NCBI GenBank assembly: GCA_963745835.1
Contig: CAVUZH010000013.1
Span: 32,001-96,000 of the forward strand
DNA from: an uncultured delta proteobacterium
Lineage (GTDB): Bacteria; Desulfobacterota; Binatia; UBA9968
DNA: 64,000 bases
Reading direction: 5' to 3'
The position numbers and the translations under genes were made by a program. The notes below the pieces were generated by a model. That model saw nothing but the letters and a program-made list of their open reading frames with translations, searched no databases and was not told the DNA's origin. Positions 29,849 through 38,906 of the stretch are shown one piece after another (positions within the stretch are counted from its first letter, which is position 1; every line of letters begins with the position of its first letter).

Positions 29849-29998
29849 GCAGTCTGCTGAAAAAGACTCATATGCTGCGTTGCACTCGTTCGACTCGCTT
29901 CAACGTACTGAAGCGTACGCCTCAGCTCATCGGATTTCGTGCGCCTTGCATCTGAATCTTTTTGAGCAGCCTGCATCCGGGTTTTTCAGCAGCTGCTA
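29849..29998. mobile_element. MITE-like element, copy 2 (126 bp core plus an extra right-end repeat)
   Basis: GCAGTCTGCTGAAAAAGA...TCTTTTTGAGCAGCCTGC, then TTTTTCAGCAGCTGCTA; similar along its length to 8637-8764. Confidence 0.75.
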
Positions 29999-30079
29999 GG
30001 CTAAAGCTAGTGTGCCCTTTAAAAGGGTAAGCCAAGACGCATTTTGCCTGCGACCGCGAGAGACTGTGAGTCGCCCCAC

Positions 30080-31216
30080 TCAGCCCGCCGCTGCCAGCTT
30101 TTTCCGCCATTCAGCTTGTTTGTGCACCGTGGTGGTAACCTCAAATTTACTATCGAAGAAGTGTTTGGTCGGATCGATCGGAACTCGCCAGCGCAATTTA
30201 CTATAAAAATTGAGCCGGAGAAAATTCTCATCCTCCGGTGGAATGCTGATGACACTGTGCGAGATGCCGAGCGGAATGATCGTCACCTCTCCGGGGGAGA
30301 CTTCAACATTTTCGAACTCTGACATGTCGAGCGCGTCCCCCCGGAATTGGATGCGGACCTCCTCACTTCGCAAGGCCCGATGAAATGCGAACTGCTCGTC
30401 CTGCATATTGTAAGTGCGAATCCGCATGCTGGCAGATTCCATGAGCGGCTGAGTGCCGGCGTCTTCGCGGCCCTTGCCAACGATGGCAGTGAAATGATCA
30501 AACGCCCGAAGCTTATGAACCGCGCTTCCCGGCTGACCGCGCCTTAGCCCGGCAACTCCAACGATAGAGTCGTAATCGCGCTCGACCAAAGTGTAGTCAT
30601 CGGCACCATCATCCCAGAAATGCATCTTCTCGATCACGCGACCGTTGGCAGTCGGTTGAGCGCTCTGCGCTACGGTCCAATCGGGACCGCCGATGCGTTT
30701 TACGACGAAGCTGGTTTGGCTCGTGTACTGGTCTTCGCCCATGACATAGTCCACCGCCTCATGACTGCGGCAGAAATAACGCAGGCTATCATCACGTCCG
30801 ATTGAGCGATGGGAGATGCCACCCGGGATCAAAATCACTTCGCCCGGCTCCATTTCATAGATGCCAAATTCCGTCTCCACTGTCGTGTTGCCGCAAAATT
30901 GAAAATAGACGATGTCGCTATCGATGTAGCGATGGAAGCTGTCTTGAGCTCCCATCACACTCTCCACCCCGATACGGTGGTTTTCGTTTTCGAGGATTAC
31001 CAGCGACTCGTTGGGAGTGCTGAGCATATCAAAGGGCCGGAATCGCGGTGTATAATGTGTGCTCTTGGCCGTTCCCATCAAGCCGGCCTTCCTACGCTCG
31101 GCCCATGCCGCCAATCCTGGTCGGGGAAAGTCTTTCCATGTGGTCATGAACTCGCCGATACGCTCTTGTTTATAGACCTTCTCTTCCGTTGCCTTTGTTT
31201 CAGGTCTCCTGAACAT
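30080..31216 (-). CDS. Bicupin protein, homogentisate 1,2-dioxygenase-like, paralog 1
   Basis: Two cupin repeats: FHRYIDSDIVYFQF..ETEFG..PGEVILIPGGISHR and FHRALRSEEVRIQF..IPLGISHS; AGGAGG before ATG 31216. Confidence 0.7.
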   Translation of the reverse strand: MFRRPETKATEEKVYKQERIGEFMTTWKDFPRPGLAAWAERRKAGLMGTAKSTHYTPRFRPFDMLSTPNESLVILENENHRIGVESVMGAQDSFHRYIDSDIVYFQFCGNTTVETEFGIYEMEPGEVILIPGGISHRSIGRDDSLRYFCRSHEAVDYVMGEDQYTSQTSFVVKRIGGPDWTVAQSAQPTANGRVIEKMHFWDDGADDYTLVERDYDSIVGVAGLRRGQPGSAVHKLRAFDHFTAIVGKGREDAGTQPLMESASMRIRTYNMQDEQFAFHRALRSEEVRIQFRGDALDMSEFENVEVSPGEVTIIPLGISHSVISIPPEDENFLRLNFYSKLRWRVPIDPTKHFFDSKFEVTTTVHKQAEWRKKLAAAG

Positions 31217-31254
31217 AGTTCCTCCTGATCATGTTAGATTCACTTTTAGCCTAT

Positions 31255-31830
31255 TTACCAAATTGTTCCGAAACCGTGCGCTTCGTGCAACACCGGCGCG
31301 AGCACTTTATAAGGATCGCCGAACTCAGCAGCCGCTTCGAGCACCTCAGGATGATGCAGCAGCGCGCGATCGAGCATGCCATGACGATCGACCACCAACC
31401 GATGGTCAATATAGAGCCGCGCGTTGAACACCGAGCCATTCCGATGTCTGAACTTGGGATACTTGCGCGGCGTTTCCAGCCCCGCCCACGGCATTTTACT
31501 AATCAACTCCCAATGCATCGGATCGGCGATCCCATACTCCGCCGAGGCCTTGGGATGGTAGCCGAACATGATTTCGATCAGGCGGTTCGATTCGGAAACT
31601 TCCTTGAACAAGCGCTTGCACTCTTCGCCGATTTCGCCGCCGCCGTCGACTTCAGTGATCAGGCTTTCTTTAACTTTCCAGCGCATCGGTTCGCGCAGCA
31701 TGCCAGAGACACCCTGAACGCAGCTTAGATAAACTTCACCATTGGCTTCGCCGTCGCCGTTGAACACGCCGCAGCGGCCCCAGGGAAAGTGACAGCGTCC
31801 GGGTGAACGATAGCATCCCTGAAAGACGCA
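31255..31830 (-). pseudogene. 5'-truncated leucyl-aminopeptidase-like (M29/NicX-type) gene remnant
   Basis: HFPWG..ANGEVY..EPMRWKV..ITEVDGG..IEIMFGYHPKA..LYIDHRLVVDRHG matches the C-terminal half of that fold; no N-terminal half or RBS seen. Confidence 0.55.
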
Positions 31831-32063
31831 AGCTGATGCGAGGGGGACTTTAAAGATTTGCGGCTCACACCTCGCCTGTATATCTTAGCGTCAAAAAACT
31901 GACAAACTGCTGCTAACGCTCCTTGACATAGATGCGATGCATGGCCTAACGTTTCGCTAGTTACCTTAAATTTTGCAAAAGAATCCATCCCTCTAAATCA
32001 TGCGAGGACAACCGATATGACCGAGTCGGAATCTCGGTGTACAAATTTGGTGGAGGTTATCTT

Positions 32064-33071
32064 ATGGGTAAAAAAATACGCGAATTTATGACGCACCGGG
32101 AACCGCCGGAGCATATCTGGATGGAACGGGAAGAAAGTGCGGTCATCGGCACCGCCCGCATGGGGCAGAGAATGATCCCCAAGATCCGGCCTTTCGATTT
32201 GCTGCGCAGCACACCGCTCAGCGGCAATCGCGCGCGGGCGATGGTTTTCGAGGGCACCAGTTTACGCATCGCGACGGAGTACATCGCCGGGCGTGAAGCG
32301 CAACTCACTCGCGCCGCGGATCATGACGTCATCTATCTGCAGTTTTCCGGCCGCTCGAGCATCGAAAGCGAATCGGGGATCGTCGAAATTACCCCAGGTG
32401 AAATCGCGCTTGTGCCCGCGGCAATTTCGCACCGCACAGTCGGCTCGGATGAGTGTCTGCGCGTGCGCGTGGCGACCCAGGAGTTCGTGACCGAAGGCGT
32501 CGATCCGGAAAAGCCGGTGATGCAACGAGGCTTCACTGTGCGCGCGTCCGAGTCAATTGGCGTCAACGGGCCCGCAGGCGACGGCGGTGATGCCGGGCCG
32601 GTTTTGGAACATATTAGCTTTTGGGATCCGCAATCGGATCTCTGGGTCGAGCGCGACGTATCAGCGCTGATCGGCTGTAAACGGGACGGCGGCCGCATCG
32701 TGCGAAAATTGAGCGCATTCAATTATTTTACCGGTATGACCGGCAAGGGCGGCGCCCGCGCGCCAGTGCTTTACAACGGCAAAGAGTTCCGCGTCGATGT
32801 TTACAATCTTGAAGAAGAGCAGAACGGTTTCCATCGCGGCTGCGACGAAGACGAGATCTGGTTTCAGTTTCGCGGCCACTCGCTGAACCATACGGAATGG
32901 GGCGCGCTCGAACTCGACCCCGGTCAGATGACCTACATCCCGCGCGGTGTGGCCCATCGGATTACCGGCAGCGCCGGTTTTCTGCGCATGGTGCTCTACA
33001 GCCGCAAGCTGGTTCACCCGAAATCGTTCAACAACATCTCGGAACGCGAAACACGGTTCGATGTTCAGTAG
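32064..33071 (+). CDS. Bicupin protein, homogentisate 1,2-dioxygenase-like, paralog 2
   Basis: Shares RPFD(L/M)L and AF.(H/Y)FT...GKG with paralog 1; FHRGCDEDEIWFQF..TEWG..PRGVAHR; GGAGG RBS. Confidence 0.7.
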   Translation: MGKKIREFMTHREPPEHIWMEREESAVIGTARMGQRMIPKIRPFDLLRSTPLSGNRARAMVFEGTSLRIATEYIAGREAQLTRAADHDVIYLQFSGRSSIESESGIVEITPGEIALVPAAISHRTVGSDECLRVRVATQEFVTEGVDPEKPVMQRGFTVRASESIGVNGPAGDGGDAGPVLEHISFWDPQSDLWVERDVSALIGCKRDGGRIVRKLSAFNYFTGMTGKGGARAPVLYNGKEFRVDVYNLEEEQNGFHRGCDEDEIWFQFRGHSLNHTEWGALELDPGQMTYIPRGVAHRITGSAGFLRMVLYSRKLVHPKSFNNISERETRFDVQ

Positions 33072-33142
33072 GTTCGCCAGGCTTCACATTCGTTAATACG
33101 ATTGATCTTGAGTCGAAATCAAACGCAGTGAAATAATTCTTC

Positions 33143-34099
33143 ATGGAACGGCTACGCCTCAGCTTATCTTGCAACGAATACGATCGCACGCGCTTTCTGG
33201 TCGATGGTAGCGTTCACGCCGAAGGAATTGACCTCACCGTTATCCCTCTGTCCTCAGAAGAGCGCCACCGGCGGTTTTCCCGCGACCTGGAATTCGACGT
33301 GTGCGAACTTCAAATGGGCGTCTTTCTCGGTTGGATATCGCGCGGCGCGCCGTTCCGCGCGATTCCTGTGTTCCCGCACCGCAAGTTCTGCCACGGCAAT
33401 CTGCTGATCCACGCGGCAAGCCGCATTCAACAGCCCGAAGACCTCGCCGGCAAAACCATCGGCATGCGCGCTCACTTCAATCCGGTTTCGCTCTGGATGC
33501 GCGGCGTGTTGCAAGACGAGTATGGCGTGCCCGCGCGATCGCTCAAGATTCGCACCAACCAGCAGGAGCAGGTTCCCGGGTGGCAACCGCCCGAATGGAT
33601 GGTTATCGAGCGTCTGCCGAAAGGAAAAAAAATCGAAGATGTGTTGCCTGATGGTGAAATCGATGCGTGCATGCTGCCGGAGATCGCCCCCAAGCATTTT
33701 CAAATTTCCGGCGTACGCCGCCTCTGGCCAAACTTTCGCGAGGTCGAAAAAGAATATTATCTGCGTACCAAGATTTTTCCCATTCGCCACGTCCTGGTAG
33801 TAAAAAACTCCGTCTTGGAGCGCCATCCATGGGCAGCGCGCAGCCTCATCGATGCTTTTACGAAAGCCAAGGAGATCGGCATCAAGCACGTGAGCGACCC
33901 ACGGCGATCTTTTCTCGCTTGGTACGGCGCCGAACTGGAGGAAGAGCGGGAGCTATTCGGTGATGATGCGTGGCCCTACAATATCAACGAAAATAGGCAT
34001 GTGCTTGATACCATGGCGCGTTATGCGGAGATGGTTGGAATAACCGAGCGCAGACTTGATCTTAGGGAAATGTTTGCCGAGGGTGTGTTGGCGGACTAA
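33143..34099 (+). CDS. 4,5-dihydroxyphthalate decarboxylase-like protein (PBP fold)
   Basis: LSLSCNEYDRTRFLVDGSV..EGIDL, FDVCE, AIPVFPHR.F.H, WMRGVLQDEYGV, YYLRTKIFPIRH. Confidence 0.82.
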   Translation: MERLRLSLSCNEYDRTRFLVDGSVHAEGIDLTVIPLSSEERHRRFSRDLEFDVCELQMGVFLGWISRGAPFRAIPVFPHRKFCHGNLLIHAASRIQQPEDLAGKTIGMRAHFNPVSLWMRGVLQDEYGVPARSLKIRTNQQEQVPGWQPPEWMVIERLPKGKKIEDVLPDGEIDACMLPEIAPKHFQISGVRRLWPNFREVEKEYYLRTKIFPIRHVLVVKNSVLERHPWAARSLIDAFTKAKEIGIKHVSDPRRSFLAWYGAELEEERELFGDDAWPYNINENRHVLDTMARYAEMVGITERRLDLREMFAEGVLAD

Positions 34100-34114
34100 T
34101 TTGCGCAAGCGCTG

Positions 34115-34906
34115 TTACTCGCTCGGATCAGCGCCCGCGCGCGCCCACTCCGGCCGATGACGATCATCGGTGACGCCGGCCACAGTATAGCCGCCATCCA
34201 CATAGAGAATCGTTCCGGTGATATAACTGGCGCCGTCGGAAGCGAGAAAAACACAGGGTTCGACCATGTCTTCCGCTGTTTCCGTCCGGCCCAGCGGTAG
34301 CCGGCGCACTCGTTCCAAAACTCCCGCGCTGTAGGGTTTGCGCGCGGTGTTGCCGCGAGCTACCGCATTGACGTTGATGCCGTAAAAGCCCAACGCATGC
34401 GCCGCCGCGCGGGTGAGCCCGTTGACCGCGCCGCGATCGGCAGTCCAGGAAGCCGCCTGCCCGGGACCGAGCACGCCGACGATGGAACTCAAGTTGATAA
34501 TCTTGCCGTAGCGTTGTTTGACCATCTGCCGGGCCACTGCCTGGCAGGTGAGAAAGTAACTTATTACGCCGCGGCTCAAGGAATCGTCGAAATCTTCTTC
34601 CTTAAAATTTAGAAACTCCTGATTGTGCGACGCCATCGTCGTGTTGATAAGGATATCGATGCGGCCGAAGGCAGCGATCACTTCGTCGACCAAGGCTTCG
34701 ATCTCTTCACGCTTCCGCAAATCGATAGCGACCGCCAGCGCTTGTCGACCTCGCTGCCGGACTTTCTCAGCGCCGGCGTCCGCACCTGCCTGAGTGAAAT
34801 CGACGCACGCGACGTCGCACCCCTCGGCGGCAAATCCCGGCACGATCGCGGAGCCGAACTCACCGTTGCAGCCCGTGATGATCGCTTTTTTTCCTTGGAG
34901 CCTCAT
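34115..34906 (-). CDS. SDR-fold protein lacking YxxxK
   Basis: AIITGCNGEFG, FGRIDILIN, GKIINLSS, WTADR at the YxxxK position, FLASD..YITG..VDGG. Confidence 0.85.
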   Translation of the reverse strand: MRLQGKKAIITGCNGEFGSAIVPGFAAEGCDVACVDFTQAGADAGAEKVRQRGRQALAVAIDLRKREEIEALVDEVIAAFGRIDILINTTMASHNQEFLNFKEEDFDDSLSRGVISYFLTCQAVARQMVKQRYGKIINLSSIVGVLGPGQAASWTADRGAVNGLTRAAAHALGFYGINVNAVARGNTARKPYSAGVLERVRRLPLGRTETAEDMVEPCVFLASDGASYITGTILYVDGGYTVAGVTDDRHRPEWARAGADPSE

Positions 34907-34910
34907 GATT

Positions 34911-35909
34911 TCACCGGATCGGCTGCCAGCCTGCAGCTTTCAACTGGGCGTAATTCTTTCTCGTGATCGTATAATCGAACGCGGCCGAGATGTCCGGAAC
35001 CTTGGCGGCTTTCGTAAGCTCCGATCGAGTCGCCACTTCCTGCCGGAGCACTTCGTCGGGCAGAGACCCATCATCCGTCATCGCGGCCTTGGTCACGTCA
35101 TAGTCGACCTTGATCGCCTCGATCGGCGTCGGGTCCCGCTTCGTGATAAAAGCAATCGTTTCCTCGCGGTGGCGACGGGCATATTCCCGGCCCTTGGCCA
35201 CGGCGCGCAGAAACCTTTCCACCAGTTGAGGATTTTCAGCCAAGGTTTTATCCGACACAGCGACACCGTTCCAAACCAGTTGGATTTCTTTGCCCAGATC
35301 CGCCAACACTGTGTGCTTTTGGTCCTTCATCAAGACCACGTCTCGCATGGCCAGCGGGGAGGCATCGATAACGCCGGAACGCAGCGCTGGGAACCGGACC
35401 TCGTTGCGGCCGACGGTGATGAACAATACCGAAGCTGGATTGACGCCCATCTTCTTCAAGTAGAGAATCGTTGCCAGGTGGCCGGTATCGCCGAAACTGT
35501 TGACCGCGATTTTTTTTCCAATCAAGTCTTTCGCCGAAGTGATCTCCGGTTTGATCGACACCAATGTGTAGCTCGGCCGTGAAAGATTCGTATATACGAC
35601 CTTGACCGGCCCGCCCCGGACCGCAGCGCTCACCGCCGAGCTTGCCGAGCTGCTGAAATGAAATTGACCGGAAAGCAGGCCTGGAGTCGCAACACCGCCC
35701 GGAGCGCGAATGACCTCGACATTCAGCCCCTCTTCCTTGAGATAGCCTTTGTCCATCGCAACAATGTGGTCCATGTACGCGGGACTAAGCGTCGCGAACG
35801 AAACGCGAATGGTTTCTTGAGCGAGGGCGTCAGTCGATGTCATGAACAAGAAAAAAACGCCAGCCCAAGCTCGCGTCAGAAAAATAGCAGAGCGGAGAAA
35901 AGGTCTCAT
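34911..35909 (-). CDS. ABC substrate-binding protein, SsuA/NMT1 (sulfonate/nitrate) type
   Basis: VAMDKGYLKEEGLNVEV, DLIGKKIAV, LRSGVIDA, NPQLVERFLRA. Confidence 0.88.
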   Translation of the reverse strand: MRPFLRSAIFLTRAWAGVFFLFMTSTDALAQETIRVSFATLSPAYMDHIVAMDKGYLKEEGLNVEVIRAPGGVATPGLLSGQFHFSSSASSAVSAAVRGGPVKVVYTNLSRPSYTLVSIKPEITSAKDLIGKKIAVNSFGDTGHLATILYLKKMGVNPASVLFITVGRNEVRFPALRSGVIDASPLAMRDVVLMKDQKHTVLADLGKEIQLVWNGVAVSDKTLAENPQLVERFLRAVAKGREYARRHREETIAFITKRDPTPIEAIKVDYDVTKAAMTDDGSLPDEVLRQEVATRSELTKAAKVPDISAAFDYTITRKNYAQLKAAGWQPIR

Positions 35910-36803
35910 TTACTTCCCCGATAGTTGCCGATCGGCTATCCCGGCGAGTTTTGCGCGATCGACATATTCCTCGGCCAGGCGAAGTGGATTTCGGCTGTAG
36001 AGGATGATCCGTATCGTTGCCATGTCGCCTATGTTACGATGCGAGGTCCCCGGAGGGATCAATAAAAAATCGCCGGTCTCAAGTATATATTCTCCCTGAT
36101 CGGTCAGCGTCGCGCGCCGGCCGGAGAGTTGAAAAGCGACCTCGTCCTGGCCAAAGCCGCGGTGATAGATTCGCTGCGCATCGGAGCGATGCGTGGTCTC
36201 GATAAGAATGTCGGCGTTTTCAACCAGCTCAAAGTGCTTACCGCCGGAGCCGCCTTCCACGATGCTATCGAGCACCGTCCCCGGCTTAAGCAGTGTGCAC
36301 TGTTTCTCCGGCACGACGCTTTCCCTGGCCGGATACCCTTGTGCGATTTGAACCAAATTGCGAGTGTAGACGATGAGCCTTGCTGTCGGGCCATTGCCGG
36401 CATGTTCGCGGCTGATATTTGGCGGCACAACAAGAACATCTCCCTCACACAATTCAAAATCGCCTTCCGACGTCTTGGTCACCCTTTTGTTCTGCACCTG
36501 AATCTGCGTTTCGTAAAAACCGACGGGCCTGCGTCCATCTTCCTCTTTGCTTGCACGGCAGTACATCAACTCGATCTTCACGTCATCATTGACGAAAATT
36601 GGGACTTGTCGAGTATCGCCATCGCCGGGAAGATCCCTTTCAAGAATACTCAGCGGTTTAATCAACTGGCAGGGCCTGCCAAACTTTTCTTTACAGCCGA
36701 TGATGTCAATCTCCTCATCGACTTCCTTCCATACTCGCTCGGTCTTTGGGCCGACATTGCCGATAAATGAGAGCGTATTCACTTCTCTGAACTTCGTTCC
36801 CAT
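35910..36803 (-). CDS. Bicupin protein, homogentisate 1,2-dioxygenase-like, paralog 3
   Basis: TSEGDFELCEGDVLVVPPNIS and YHRGFGQDEVAFQL..TDQGEY..IPPGTSHR. Confidence 0.7.
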   Translation of the reverse strand: MGTKFREVNTLSFIGNVGPKTERVWKEVDEEIDIIGCKEKFGRPCQLIKPLSILERDLPGDGDTRQVPIFVNDDVKIELMYCRASKEEDGRRPVGFYETQIQVQNKRVTKTSEGDFELCEGDVLVVPPNISREHAGNGPTARLIVYTRNLVQIAQGYPARESVVPEKQCTLLKPGTVLDSIVEGGSGGKHFELVENADILIETTHRSDAQRIYHRGFGQDEVAFQLSGRRATLTDQGEYILETGDFLLIPPGTSHRNIGDMATIRIILYSRNPLRLAEEYVDRAKLAGIADRQLSGK

Positions 36804-36822
36804 ATGATTCTCCCCGGAGAGA

Positions 36823-37632
36823 TTACTGCTGTCCTCGCGGGATTTCGAATCTGCCCCAAGTTCGCCCCCATGCCGGACGAAAACTGTCCTCGGTCACCGC
36901 AGCATTCGAGTAGCCGGCATCGACGTAGAGACTCTCGCCACAAACAAAATTCGAATCATCGGTCGCCAAAAAGACCGCCGCGCCGACGAGATCCTCGGGT
37001 TTACCCAAGCGACCTACGGGAATGCGGCGCAACCGCTCTGCCGCCTCCTCAGCGGTGAAGGAAATAAAATTCATCGGCCCATAAACGAGCGCATTGACGT
37101 TGACGCCGTAAAATCCCAGTGCCTGAGCGATCGCCCGTGTCATCGCATCGACGCTGGAATAAGCGGCGCTATTGCCGGCCGATTCGCCGGAAGCCACGCG
37201 CGCGTCCGTGGTCAGGAGATTGATGATTTTCCCCGAGCGTTGCTCAGCCATCCGGCGCCCGACGGCCTGACAAGCGAGGAAGTAGGCTTTCGGACCGCGC
37301 TGGAGACACCGATTGAACGACTCTTCGGTAAAGTCCAAGAAATCGCCTTCTTGCGTAACGCCGGAGCAATTGAGCAGCACATCGATACGTCCAAACTCGC
37401 CAACGGCACGGCTGACGGCTTCGTCCACCTGCGTCTTTTTTGTCACGTCGCATTGAAACGCCGATGCTCGTCCGTTCACAGACTGAATGTGCGCCGCCAA
37501 CAGTTCTGCTTTGCCGGCATCCTCGTCGACGATAAAACAGTCTGCTCCTTGGACGGCGAAGCCCGTAACGATTGCTTCAGCGCATGGATGTTGCGCACTT
37601 GTAATAAAAACGGCTTTGTTGAGCAATCGCAT
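36823..37632 (-). CDS. SDR-fold protein lacking both the TGxxxGxG and YxxxK motifs
   Basis: ITSAQHPCAEA, DVTKK, FGRIDVLLN, NSAAY, IPVGRLGKPEDL, FLATD..YVDAG; paralog of 34115-34906. Confidence 0.82.
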   Translation of the reverse strand: MRLLNKAVFITSAQHPCAEAIVTGFAVQGADCFIVDEDAGKAELLAAHIQSVNGRASAFQCDVTKKTQVDEAVSRAVGEFGRIDVLLNCSGVTQEGDFLDFTEESFNRCLQRGPKAYFLACQAVGRRMAEQRSGKIINLLTTDARVASGESAGNSAAYSSVDAMTRAIAQALGFYGVNVNALVYGPMNFISFTAEEAAERLRRIPVGRLGKPEDLVGAAVFLATDDSNFVCGESLYVDAGYSNAAVTEDSFRPAWGRTWGRFEIPRGQQ

Positions 37633-37774
37633 TGTAAGTGACGCGCTAGATTAGAAGGACACCCGTCTCTTATAAAAACCGGGTGCCAGTGTCAACGAGG
37701 CGGCAAGATGACGCGGGACAGAAGTCGGCAAACGCGTATCCTATCTCGGTCCATCACCGCGATCGACTTCCCAG

Positions 37775-37911
37775 CTATTTAATTCTTGGAATTTTTTAGC
37801 GTGATTCACCACGTCCGGCGGTTGCACCATAATGCGCTCGGCTAAGCTCTGTAACTCCTACCCTGAAACCGGTTCGATCACCCATTCGCCTTTCTGTGCC
37901 TCGGCAATGAG
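37775..37911 (-). pseudogene. Remnant of a TctC gene 3' end, closely similar to 19494-19631
   Basis: Shares gatgcgctcggctaagctctgta-like and gcctttctgtgcctcggcaa segments; contains an in-frame TAG. Confidence 0.8.
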
Positions 37912-37913
37912 TT

Positions 37914-38078
37914 TTTCTCGGATTGAGTTTGGCATTACGCTCCTGGCTCGGCGCTGTGATCACGATCGGCGTTGCGTTGTGGTTTCGCCGTCGAGTCATC
38001 GGCGATGAAAAAAACTTAGCGACCAGGCTCGGCAAGCCTTACCAGGAGTATATGAAGACAGTGCCACACGGGATTTGA
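37914..38078 (+). pseudogene. C-terminal remnant of an isoprenylcysteine carboxylmethyltransferase (ICMT/Ste14-like) gene
   Basis: Hand translation: FLGLSLALRSWLGAVITIGVALWFRRRVIGDEKNLATRLGKPYQEYMKTVPHGI*. Confidence 0.6.
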
Positions 38079-38322
38079 AAGAACAAAGCTGGAGATGAAA
38101 ACGAAAGCGGAAAAGAAGGACGTGGGGGCGAGCGTGTCGTGCAGAAGGCGACATCAAGCGAAAGAGCGGAATAAAACTTCTAGAGCGGAATTGTCTTTTG
38201 CGAAACCCGAGTGTTCAGATTTGATATGGACGATGATTTTATGATCGCAGAATCTTAGAGCCTTCGGAGCGTGACCGATGGCGCATTAACATGGTCAGCA
38301 CCTCTGAATCTAATCAATGATG

Positions 38323-38354
38323 TGGTGAGAGGCGGCTTGAGCCGCCTCTCACCA
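38323..38354. terminator. Perfect 14-bp hairpin, probable terminator of the 38906 (-) gene
   Basis: tggtgagaggcggc-ttga-gccgcctctcacca. Confidence 0.6.
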
Positions 38355-38407
38355 GTGAACCTGTGGAATAATCCCTAATTGACAAGCGCACAATTCAACT
38401 ACAAATC

Positions 38408-38906
38408 CTAACGACCGAAACGATCGTTGTTCCACCAGCTGTACCGGCTGTCACGGTGGTTATTAGACCATCCACTCCGGCCGCGATCCCAACGATCGCG
38501 ATCGTTCCAAGAACCATACCTTCCCTGATTTCCGCGATTGTACCAATGATTGTCATAGCCGAACCTGCGTAAATCACCGCGCAGTTCAGATTGGTCGCGT
38601 CTCTAGTTCGCGCCGGTCCCGCTCTATTTCTCTCAAGTCGCGCCTGATTTCAGATTTTCCCCGGGCAATCTCGTGCCGCGGGGCTCCCCGGCGTATGTCG
38701 CTCCGCAGCTCGGCGCGATCACGCCTGAGTTCAGCGAAGTCGTTGCGCAACTCCGCGCGACTCCTTTGAACATCACGGTGACTCTCCCGGATTGCGCCGC
38801 GCCCGGCACGATGCGAACGCCCGCTATCGGCGGAAGCCGAGTCGCTGAGCAGTAGCGCTAAAAGGAAACCAACCCCCAGCCAGACCAGAGTTTTACCAGT
38901 TTGCAT
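38408..38906 (-). pseudogene. Secreted Arg/Asp-rich low-complexity protein with one frameshift near 38600
   Basis: Signal peptide (..SDSASA), ELRxD repeats; after the frameshift [43 protein letters not shown]; GGAGG RBS. Confidence 0.65.

Noticed and set aside
37669-37695. TTGACA..TATAAG sigma70 promoter on the minus strand for the SDR gene run
   Set aside because: The 15-nt spacer is suboptimal; not supported enough to list
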